From Eledone cirrhosa (lineage: Eukaryota): 64,000 nucleotides of DNA. The stretch is from positions 193,378,001 to 193,442,000 of the forward strand of contig OZ024741.1 in the NCBI GenBank assembly GCA_964016885.1. Reading direction: 5' to 3'. Positions 16,520-27,838 of this stretch are shown one piece after another. Position 1 is the stretch's first letter. Every line of letters begins with the position of its first letter. The notes beneath the pieces were generated by a model, which worked only from the letters and a program-made list of their open reading frames with translations, ran no database searches and was not told the origin of the DNA. A program made the translations under genes and the position numbers.

Positions 16520-19500
16520 GCTTTCTTTATTGACCACAAGGGTTTACACAAAGTAGACATTAAAGACAATACAGGACAATACAGGACGGTACAAATGGGC
16601 ATTTCTGCGTGTAAAAAAAAAGACAGAGGATGTAACAAATAATAACAATGAAAAATTCCCCAATAGGGCGGAGACTTCCGAGGGACATTTGTGGAGAAAG
16701 CCCATTAAAAGGCCATAGTGACCCTGACCACCAGAGCAAGTGTTCTCTCCCAGTTTTCCACCTTTAACTTACAAACACATACTCAGAGTAGGCCCATTCA
16801 CTCGGGCCATTCTTGCTTCTCTCACCCATCTTTCAACAAAATGCTGAGAAGAGAGCACTTCCCTCTCTACCCTGATTTTCCTTTTCAAATGAAATTTGAA
16901 AGGCTTGATCAGGGCATCACCGAAGAGGTAAGTGCTCGTCTTCAGCCCTTTCAAACGTGTCCACCATACTATCTCTTTCACCATGGCCACCAGATAGATA
17001 AAAACTGCCTGCCCTTCCCGGCTAAAGGAAGAGGGCGGGGAAATCCTCACGATGGACTCAGCTGGTAGCTGGATCCGTCCTACACGCGACAGCAGGTGTT
17101 CGACATAAACCCACAAGTCAGCAATGCTCGGACATTGGACGAGTGCGTGCAGGACGATTTCATCGCCCTGCGCGCATCTCGGACATGCCCGGCTGACGGC
17201 ACCTCCATGCCTGTAGAGTTTATCCCGAACTGACAAAGCTCCTCGTTAGCACTGCCAAGCCAGGGATTTCTGGAGGTTGTCCATAGGCCCCGGGCCGAAA
17301 GTTCTTCCGAAGAGATTGGCTAGTTGATTTTCGTCGACGCCTAGAGTTTCCCCAAGTACGTCATCGCTCTTCTCCTCCACTAATCCTCTATAGTACGCCG
17401 AGGTGGAGTTTCCACCGATCACATTGCCCGATTGGTCGAGAGCTGTGAGCGCCTGAAGATATTCCAGTCTCCAAGCGCTACCTCTCGGTCTTCGCTTGAC
17501 CCAGGACTGCAGCTCCGTCAAGGAGACGAGCTGGGGAAAGACGCGTCTAGCAAACGGCGATCACACCTGATCACCGTAGAGGAAGAGGTGGAGATGTCGT
17601 AGCCTGAGCGCGTGTCTGCGCATCATCACGACATGCCCAGCCCTCCACGTAGCGGGTGTTGACAGCAGATGGACCGCCTGACCATCGGAGCGCGTCCCTT
17701 CCACAAAAGGCGAAAGAGCACACGATCCAGCGCATTCAGGCGTGGCTTAGAACAAGGTACAACGGTCAGGCGGTAGTAGATGACGGATGCCATGTGCGCG
17801 TTAGCCACCTCCGCTCGACCTTTCAGGGATAGCTTCCTCTCCGCCCATTTCTGGGTGAGAGAAGCCACCCTGCTCGTCACCTCGTCCCAGTGTTTGTCCG
17901 TCTGGAGGTCCGGACCGAACCAAACCCCAAGCAATTAAAGTGGTCCGTCCGTCCAGCGCCCTACGACGCTGTTGGACGGCATGGAGCTGCCTCCTCAGGT
18001 GCCGAGCTACAGGCCCACCGACTTTTCCTGGTTGATCATTGCTCCTGTCACCGCTTCGTATTCTCTTAGTGTAGTTCCGTTCGCCTCGATGTGTTTGGCG
18101 TCCGACACCACTACGTTGACTCGAGAGTCAATATGTACAAGAGGGACGAGAGGGGACATCCTTGGCGGACCGAGCGCATGATGTTGAACGGTTCCAAAAG
18201 GTGACCGTTCACTCTCACCACAGAGAAGATGTCGCTGTGCATGGCAGCGAACCAGCCTCTGAAGACGGTCCCAAAGCCAGCCGCCCTCAGGACTGCCGCT
18301 AAGTAACGATGGTCGACCCTATCGAAAGCTTTCGACTAAATTGACCAAAGACTCAGGTTCCCTAGCTACCCTCTCTACGATTTATCGCATGAGGTTGAGA
18401 TTGTCGTGGATGTATCTGTCGGGAATGGTGCATGTATGCGCCTCTCCCACCAGACCACCAACGACAAGCGTCAACCTCTTTGCTAGCACCTTGGCCAACA
18501 TCTTGAAGCCTGTGTTTAGCAGAGTTATGGGCCTGAAATCATCTATGTTATCCCCCTTGTTCGGATCCTTTCTCAGCAACGCCACAGCTCCTGGGCTCAC
18601 GGAGCTGGGAATTCTTCCGTTCTGTTGCCAGTTGCAGTAGACGTCCACCAAGAGGCCTCCAAACAAGTCTGGCATGTGTGCGTAAAGTTCATAGGGCAGA
18701 CCATCAAAACCAGGCGATTTACCCCTTGTGCAGCCAGTCATTGCCTCCCGTACTTCAGCGGCTGTTATCGGCTTTGCGCAACACTCCGCCTCAGTGGCCG
18801 AGAGCCGCGGCAGTCCGTCGAGGTAGACACTAAAGTCTATCCCTCGACCCGGCCCACCGCTGCCCCCGAACAGCTGAGCGAAGTGTCGCTGAAAAGCTTC
18901 ACACATTTTCCCGGGATCGAGTAGCATGCGCCCGTCGTGGTCCACCAAAGACCGGATCGTGGCTTTGTTGCCACGACGCGCCTCCGCCACTCGGGCCCAT
19001 TGAACGGCTTTCGTCCCCTCGTGTCTGAGAGCACACACCCTAGTTCTGACAACGCAGCCTTCGTGCTTTGCATTGAAGAATTGGTCAAGGGCCAATTTCG
19101 CCGCAAGCACGTCGGTCACGATGCCTTTGCTAAGCGCCTCGTCTAATTTTCTAACTAGTTCTCCCTCTGCTCTATTTTTCTCTATTGCTAAAGCCTTACT
19201 AAACCTAATGGATTCTATTCTAATCGCTCTTTTCAGAGTAAACCACCACTTGTTGTTGACGATGGCCCCCGTCAACGCCCGCTTAACTAGTTCGCTAATC
19301 TGGTCTCTGTATGCCTTGCGCGCTGGTAAGGACGCGTTTAGCTTCCAGTAGCCGGGTCCTCGTCTATGAAGCCTATCTAAGTCAACCACACAGATCACGA
19401 ATTTGTGGTCCGTGTAGCTGATTATCTTGAATTGTGGACAGCCTATGCTAGACCTATCTATTTCCCTACAAAATACTCTATCTAGATATGATCTGGATGA

Positions 19501-21630
19501 CCAGATGCGATTTGTCCAAGTCCACATTGGCACTTTCGGGAAATCCAATCGGTACCTGTCAGACAGTTCAAAACGCCTGAGCAGGTTGGTGAGGCTCTTG
19601 CACCCTCCACTCTATCCGCTAATCCCACACAGTCCCAGCGTGAATCTAAGATCCCGTTCCAGTCGCCCACTAACACTAAAGAGCGGGACGTTCCAAGAAA
19701 GTTCTCCAGACGCCGGAAGAAATCAGGCCGCCCTGCTTCTGTCGGGGCATAGACGGCCACTAGCCTGAAAGCTTGCCCGTCTCTGCTGGTCACGTCCAGC
19801 ACCACCAACTTACCCTCTGGGTCAAGGAAGATGGCCCGTATGGCGAGATCCAAACCTCTCCGAAAAAGTACAGCAACTCCTCCCTCCGATCCAGGACGGC
19901 TGGGAGATGCGTACACATCGTAGCCGCCGAAGATCGGTGCGAAGGCCCGTGCTTCGGAGATTCTGGTCTCGCTGATGGCCACTACATCTATGTTTAGTGA
20001 CCTGAGGTCGTTGAGCAGGTGACCCTGCTTCCATGACGACCCCAAGCCATGCGCATTTATGCTGCCTATTCTGAGTGAGGTCATGTTTAAAATAGAGTGG
20101 AAAAGATGGGAAAGACCACTTACCGTACTTTTCGTAGAGGAAGGATGGTTTCTCCATCCCTTTTCACTTGATCGTCTGGTGAAGGGACCGTTGAATTGTC
20201 CCTTCGGCTGGTCGTCGGCTCTTCTATGAGTATGTTCGAATATACTCTCCGGTTGAGAGTCCCTCCTAGGTCTCTGAAATCACCAACTGCGTTGGGGAAT
20301 TTCGTTTTAATGTTTGTGTATTGTTTCTGTGCTATTTTTAGCAGTCTTATATTCGTTGGCGTTTTGATTGGTGCTGGTATTATGTAGTCGTGCTGTGAAA
20401 TGTCTGTGTTCAATTATGTAAGTCATTAGTTTCTTGTGTGTATTTATTGCCGTAAATTTGTTTTTCTGAGGGTGGAGTGTGGTGCTGCTATTTTCTTGTC
20501 GTTGTTGCTGGGTGTGTGTGTTTTGTTGTGTTTGCGATGTTGGTACGTCTACTATCACATACTTTCTGCCTCGAGTGATGTGGGTTTTGCGTGCCCAGAC
20601 GCACCCCAAGGCCTTTTGGATTTGAGCCTTCGTGGCTCTCTCCACTCGATGTGAGATTTTGCTTACGGTGCGGTAAGTCACCGTCCGTAGCTGCTGGTCC
20701 TTGAAAAAATTGGGTGGAGGTTTCAGGGAAACTCTATTTGCGCTTCTTGTCACCATGGCCCCTGCGACTGCCATCTCCTCCTCTGTGACTAACACTGTCT
20801 CGATATTTCGGGCGACACCTGCAAAAGAAGTGGTCCCTTTTTCAGCAGCACCACTATTGCTGCCGCTACTGGTCTTACTGGTGGTGCTAAGGTCGCTATT
20901 ACAGGTATCGGTGTCATTCTTGTTGTTTTCGCTGGTACAGTTGTTGGTGTTGTTGTTGTTGTTTTCGTTGATACTATTGCTGTTGTTACTGTTATTGTGG
21001 CTGTTATTATTGTTCTTTTTGTTGATACTGTTCCTACTATTATTGTTGTTGTGGCTGTTGTTATTGTCATTGTTATTGTCGTTCTCGACCTTACCGCTGT
21101 TATTTTTGTTATTGTCGTTCTCGACCTTACCGCTGTTATTTTTATTATTGTCGTTCTCGACTTTACCGCTGTTATTTTTGTTGTTGCTGTTGTTATTGAT
21201 GGTGTTGTTGTTGGTGTTGTTGTTGGTGTTATTGTTGGTGTTGTTTGTGTTAGAAATATTTGTTAATTTTAAATCTGTAACAATCTTTTTTTCCTTTGTA
21301 ATATTTTCGTTTATATTTACCTCCGCTGGAACGCTGTCTTGTTGACATGCTGATAAAGTCTCCCTCTCTCTGTGTTGTCTGACAGCGCTCTCTCTCTTTC
21401 TTGTGTTATCCATGTTGAAAATTTTCAAAAACAATATTTTTGCACAAGTACGAATACGACACCCCGTAAAGAGGTGCCGTATTATTTACTATTGAACCCT
21501 TGTATTAGGTGGGTCACTTCTTCTAAACTTTTATCAAATTTAAAACTTGAATAAAAAGTTTAGAACGGTTGAAAAAGAGGTAAAACGTTGAAAAAAAACT
21601 GGAGGCGATAAGAAGCGTGGCTTCACCAAC
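16520..21630 (-). mobile_element. Tx1-like (L1-clade) LINE copy A: 5' UTR, Asn-rich ORF1, ORF2 (APE-RT-Cys/His), 3' UTR; decayed
   Basis: SINAHGL..ISETR, AVYAP, GDWN, TDHK, GYWKLN, KSPGFDGLP, RPITLLN, CPRC..HALVQC; YADD region deleted near 18115; both ends abut (TAA)n. Confidence 0.93.
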
Positions 21631-21651
21631 AATAATAATAATAATAATAAT

Positions 21652-21746
21652 TGTTTCTACTTTAAGCACAAGGCCAGAAATTAACCAGTGCATTACTGGT
21701 ACTTTATTTTATCGACCCCGTAAGGATGAAATGCAAAGTCAACCTC
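21652..21746 (-). mobile_element. 5'-truncated SINE in (TAA)n
   Basis: 3' half of the young SINE; AATAATAAT on both sides. Confidence 0.85.
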
Positions 21747-21755
21747 AATAATAAT

Positions 21756-22077
21756 CTGGAGATAGAAATTGGAAAAATGTGGAAATTGAGAACTAAAACA
21801 ATACCAGTGGTTGTAGGCGTTCTAGGAATGATACCTAAGGGGTCTAATGATTACTTATCGCAAATCCCAGGAAACCCACGTATAGGAGAAATACAAAAGA
21901 TAGTACTAATGGGAACTACCCATATACTAAGGAAGATTCTGTCAATATAAGTACATCACAAAGATGCATGTGTATGTATGTTCTTTCTTGAACATGGCGG
22001 ACCTTGTTGTCTCTTGAGGTCACTGGTTGTGACCTGGTGATAACTCGTATGAGCATAAAGCAAGATAAATGCAGCTG
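21756..22077 (+). mobile_element. Dong/R4-type 3' fragment
   Basis: LEIEIGKMWKLRTKTIPVVVGVLG..IQKIVLMGTTHILRK; flanked by (TAA)n. Confidence 0.85.
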
Positions 22078-22090
22078 TAATAATAATAAT

Positions 22091-22277
22091 TGTTTCTACT
22101 TTTGGCACAAGGCCAGCAATTACCCAGTGCATTACTGGTACTTTATTTCATCGACCCCATGAGGATGAAAGGCAAAGTTAACCTTGGCGGGATTTGAACT
22201 CAGAATGGCAAGGGACGTAACTCTATGCGTCAAAGCATGGCGTCCGACCCTCTACCGATACTGCCAATCCACCGCCC
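22091..22277 (-). mobile_element. Full-length young SINE in (TAA)n
   Basis: A and B boxes, core TTTCATCCTCATGGGGTCGATGAAATAAAGTACCAG, tail. Confidence 0.92.
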
Positions 22278-22578
22278 AATAATAATAATAATAATAATAA
22301 TGATAATAATGATGATGATGATGATTCATGAAAACGTGTTGTTTAATTCATCAGAAACATCCTGTTTTAATGTCATTTTGGCGCCAATATCGGTGAATTA
22401 GTTGTCAGAAAAATATTGAATTTTATTGTTCCTTGCTTGTATGTGCAGACGTTTTAATTAGTTAAAAAATCCGATAGCAGCAACAACAGCATCAATAACA
22501 ACAGCAAATAGGAAAACAAAACAAAATAATAATATAAGCAATCTTAGTGATAGTAATAATAAATAAAAAAATAATAAT

Positions 22579-22756
22579 GATTTCTTTATTAACCACAAGG
22601 GTTTACATAAAGTAGACATTAAGGACAGTGCAGGACAATACAGGACGGTACTAATGGGCATTTCTGCGTGTAAAAAACAAAAGCAGAGGATGTAACAAAA
22701 AAATAACAATGAAAAATTCCCCAATAGGAGGGAGACTTCGGAGGGACATTTGTGGA
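22579..22756 (-). mobile_element. Tx1-like 3' UTR-only insertion
   Basis: Homologous to 16520-16695 and 22785-22965; TAA runs on both sides. Confidence 0.88.
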
Positions 22757-22784
22757 AAAAAATAATAATATTAATAATAATAAT

Positions 22785-25700
22785 GCTTTTTTTATTAACC
22801 ACAAGGGTTTACACAAAGTAGACATTAAGGACAGTACAGGACAATACAGGACGTTACAAATGGGCATTTCTCCGTGTAAAAAAAACAAAAAATAGAGGAT
22901 GTAACAAAAAAGGAATCAATGAAAAATTCCTCAATAGGGGGGAGACTTCCGAGGGCCATCGTGGAGAAAGCCCATTAAAAAAGCCACGGTGACCCTAACC
23001 ACCAGGGCAAGTGACCTCTCCCAGTTTTCCACCTTTAATTTACAAACACATACTCAGAGTAGACCCATTCACACGGGCCATTCTTGCCTCTCTCACCCAT
23101 CTTTCAACAAAATGCTGGGAAGAGAGCATTTCTCTCTCTACCCTGACTTTCCTTTTCAAATGAAATTTTAAAAAGTTAATCAGGGCACCACCGAAGAGGT
23201 AAGTGCACGTCTTCAGCCCTTTCAAACAAGTCCACCATACTATCTATTTCGCCATGGCCACCAGACAGATAAAAATTGCCTGCCCTTCCCGGCTAATGGA
23301 AGAGGGCGGGGCAATAATCACGATGGACCCAGCTGATAGCCGGATCCGTCCTACACGCGACAGCAGGTGTTCGACATAAACCCACAAGTCAGCAATGCTC
23401 GGACACTGGACGAGTGCGTGCAGCACGGTTTCGTCGCTCTGCGCGCATCTCGGACATGCCCGGCTGACGGCACCTCCATGCTTGTAGAGTTTATTCCGAA
23501 CTGGCAAAGCTCCTCGGTAGCACTGCCAGGCCAGGGATTTCTGGAAGTTGTCCATAGGCCCCGGCCCGAAAGTTCTTCCGAAGAGATTGGCTAGTTGATT
23601 TTCGTCGACGCTTAGAGTTTCCCCAAGTACGTCGTCGCTCTTCCCATCCACCAATCCTCTATAGAACGCCAAGGTGGAGTTTCCACCGGTCACATTGCCC
23701 GATTGGTCGAGGGCTGTGAGCGCCTGAAGACATTCCAGTCTTCAAGCGCTCCCTCTCGGTCTTCGCTTGACCCAGGACTGCAGTTCCGTCAACGAGACGC
23801 GCTGGGGAAAGACGCGTCAAGCAAACGGCGACCACACCTGATTACCGTCGAGGAAGAGGTGGAGATGTCGTAGCCTGAGCGCGTGTCTGTGCATCATCAG
23901 CCACGGCATTCCAAGCCCTCCACGTAGCGGGTGTTGACAGCAGATGGACCGCCTGACCATCGGAGCGCGTCCCTTCCACAAAAAGCGAAAGAGCAAACGC
24001 TCCAGCGCAGTCAGGCGGGACTTAGGACAAGGCACGACGGTCAGGCGGTAGTAGATAACAGATGCGATATACGCGTTAGCCACCTCCACTCCACCTTTGA
24101 CGGATTGCTTCTTCTCCGCCCATTTCTGGGTGAGAGAAGCCAACCTGCTCGTCACCTTGTCCCAGTGTTTGTCCGTCTGGAGGTCCGGACCGAACCAGAG
24201 ACCTAGCAATTTAACCGGTCCGTCCGTCCAGCGCCCGACGACGCTGTTGGACGGCATGGACCTGCCTGTCCAGGTACCGAGCTGCAGGCCCACTGACTTT
24301 TCCAGGTTGATCATTGCTCCTGTCACCGCTTCGTATTCTCTTAGTGTAGTGCCGATCGCCTCGATGTGTTTGGCGTTCGACACCACTACGGTGACATCGT
24401 CCGCATATGCTGACACGGATCCTCCGCATCCTAGTTCGCGCGGGACCCCCTCAACGTCTCCAGTTTGTGCAGTAATGGCTCGAGAGTCAATACGTACAAC
24501 AGGGACGAGAGGGGACATCCTTGTCGGACCGAGCGCATGAAGTTGAACGGTTCCGAAAGGTAACCGTTCACTCTCACAACAGAGCAGATGGCGCTGTGCA
24601 TGGCAGCGATCCAGCCTCTGAAGACGGGCCCAAAGCCAGCCGCCCTCAGGACTGCCGCCAGGTAACGATGGTCGACCCTATCGAAAGTTTTCGACTGATC
24701 TAAATTGATCAAGGACCCACCCGTGCCAGGATCCCTAGCTACCCTCTCCACGATGCATCGCATGAGATGGAGGTTGTACGTCGGTCGCGATGCCTTTGCT
24801 AAGCGCCTCGTCTAATTTTCTAACTAGTTCTCCCTCTGCTCTATTTTTCTCTATTGCTAAAGCCTTACTAAACCTAATGGACTCTATTTTAATATCTCTT
24901 TTCAGGCAAACCACCACTTGTTGTTTATGATGGCCCCCGTCAACGCCCGCTTAATTAGTTCGCTAATCCGGTCTCTGTAGGCCTTGCGTGCTGGTAAGGA
25001 CACGTTTAGCTTCCAGTAGCCGGGTCCTTGTCTATGTGCCTATCTAAGTCAAGCACACAGATCCCGAATTTGTGGTCCGTGTAGCTGACTATCTTGAATT
25101 GTGGACAGCCTATGCTAGACCTATCTATTTCCCTACAAGATACTCTATCTAGATATGATCTGGATGACCCTATGCGGTTTGTCCAAGTCCACATTGGCAC
25201 ATTCGGGAAATCCAATCGGTACCTGTCAGACAGTTCAAAACGCCTGAGCAGGTTGGTGAGGTTCTTGCAGCCTCCTCCCCTATCCGCTAATCCCACACAG
25301 TCCCAGCGTGCATCTAAGATCCCGTTCCAGTCGCCCACTGACACTAAGGAGCTGGACGTTCCAAGAAAGGTCTCTAGACGCGGGAAGAAATCAGGCCGCC
25401 CTGCTCATGTCGGGGCATAGGGGGCCACTAGCCTGAAAGCTTGCCCGTCTCCGCTGGTCACGTTCAGCACCACCAACTTACCTTCTGGGTCCAGCAAGAT
25501 GGCCCGTATGGCGAGATCCAAACCTCTCCTAAAAAGCACATCAACTCCTTCCCCCGATCCAGGACGGCTGGGAGATGCATACAGATCGTAGCCGCTGAAG
25601 ATCGGTGCGAAGGCCCGTGCTTCGGAGATTCTGGTCTCGCTGATGGCCACTACATCTATGTTTAGTGACCTGAGGTCGTTGAGCAGGTGGCCCTGCTTCC

Positions 25701-27609
25701 ATGACGACCCCAGGCCACGCGCATTTATGCTGCATATTCTGAGTGAGGTCATGTTGAAAAGGAGTGGAAAAGATGGGAAAGACCACTTACCTTACTTCTC
25801 GTAGAGGAAGGATGGTTTCTCCATACTTTTCACTGCTTCTGGCCTCCTCCGGAAGGATGTCCTTATAAATCCTCCTGGAGAGTGCTTGTCGGAAGTCTCC
25901 GATGTCTTTGGGGAATTTTTGTTTTAGTGTCCTGTACGTTTTCTATGTGATGTGAGTGATTTGTATGTGTGGAGGTGGTGTGAACTTTTGGGGTGTTCTG
26001 TAGTCTTTTTCTGTGATGCTGGTGTTGTGTTGGATGTAGTGTAATAATTGGTTGTTGTTCAAATTTAATGCTGTGTAGTGTGTATCGTTTTGGTTGACTT
26101 GTTTTGTTTGCATTTGTTGTGGGTTTGTTTCTGTTTCGCTTTTGGTGACTTTTGTGGTGTTGGTGATGGTGATGGTGTTGGTGTTTGTGGTGATGGGGTT
26201 GGTGATGTTGGTGTGGATGGTGGCATAGCTGTCCTAACGCTTTTGTTTGTTAGTTTATTTGTTTCCCTCTGTATTTTGTTTTTGGAGGGGGAAGGAAGGG
26301 GAATTTTTCTTTTTTGGGTTCTTTCTCTTTTTTCTTTTTTCCTGATACAGTTTCCCACTCCTCGTCGTCACAATCAGTCTTCAGTTGCGATAGGTCGGGG
26401 AGTGGAACATCCTCCACATGCGTTGGTTTTGGTTGTGGCGTGGTGGATGCTGGAAGCGCTGGTACTAGTTCTGACGCGGTGGGTGGTGGTGGTGTTGATT
26501 TTGCTACTGTTGCTGGGGTTGTTGCTGTTACAGTTACTTCTGTTGTTGCTGCTACAGTTGTTGCTGCCATTTCTGCTGCTGGTGGTGTTGATGGTTGAGT
26601 CACCGTGGTGGGTAAGAAAGGTGGCCTTAACTTTTTAGCCTGAGGGCAGAAAGCCTTTAGGTGGGTTCCTTCACCACAAACGACACACGTAGGCCTTCTA
26701 CCCTCAACGATTACGGTGAGGTGGCTGCCGTCAGTGAGTTCTATCACCTCTGGGATTTCCTCAATGCTTTTTTGGTCCCCTTGGATCAGGAGCTCCATCC
26801 CAGATCCGGACCAGTTCTCCTGCTTTTCTTTTGTTATTTCAATTATTTTGGTGTTGGCTTCGATGCCGGCGAGGACGGCAGCCATTAGCTAGGGAATTTC
26901 GATGGTCGGTGGAACGTGGGTCACCCTGATCTTCACGAGTCTCTGGCCACAATAGCATGGGACGAGTGTGAAGTCGTCGCTTCTTAATGGGGCCATAGAG
27001 TGCTCTCTGGCTTCCTGTGGGGTTCCAAAGAACACGTCCACAGTTCCATACTTCTGCTCACGTCAGATGTGGGATTTTTCGCCTATACATGTCCCAAAGC
27101 TTTTTGTATTTGGGACTCGGATGCCCGTTCCACTCGGCGTGATTTTGTGTTTATCGGCCGATATGACACGGTGCATAGGCGCCGATGCTCCATTTTATTA
27201 GGTGGGGGGGGGGCTGACCCTGTACCCATCTTTTTTAAGACCTGCAGTTATTGATAATGGCGGGAAATGAATGTCTGCATGAGACAAATTTAAATTATTG
27301 CTATGCTACTGCTTATATTTTTAGTGTTGGCAAACGTAGTAATATTTACAATGATGGTGTTGGTGTGAGGTGTTAGTTTGTGAGGAAGGCTCTCAGCTTC
27401 GTGTGGCTGTGAGTCGTCCATAATTTTTTCAAAGAAAGTTTTTGTTTCATAATTATAAAAGTTTAAATTTTGGGCTCAATCTTTTTGAGTGTCCTTTTCA
27501 GAAAGCAATATATGTGAACTTATAAACGCTTAACAACAAACATTTTCCATAACAGGCAATTTGAAACAACTGAAAACAACAAACCTTACGATTTCCTACG
27601 TAGATCGCC
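22785..27609 (-). mobile_element. Tx1-like LINE copy B with a different ORF1 (CCHC knuckle)
   Basis: ORF1 piece has CVVCGEGTHLKAFC; ORF2 has APE, VRQGCPLS and SAYADD; large deletion at about 24778; (TAA)n at both ends. Confidence 0.92.
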
Positions 27610-27618
27610 AATAATAAT

Positions 27619-27802
27619 TGTTTCTACTTTAGGCACAAAGCCAGCAATTACCCAGTACATTACTGGTACTTTATTTTATTGACCCCGTAAGGATGAAAGG
27701 CAAAGTTAACCTCAGCGGGATGTGAACTCAGACTGTAAAGGGGCGTAACTATGCCAGAAAGCATGGCGTCTAACCCTCTACGGATACTGCCAATTCACTG
27801 CC
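27619..27802 (-). mobile_element. Young SINE in (TAA)n between two Tx1-like copies
   Basis: Homologous to the other copies; TAA runs on both sides. Confidence 0.9.
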
Positions 27803-27804
27803 TC

Positions 27805-27836
<32 letters not shown>

Positions 27837-27838
<2 letters not shown>

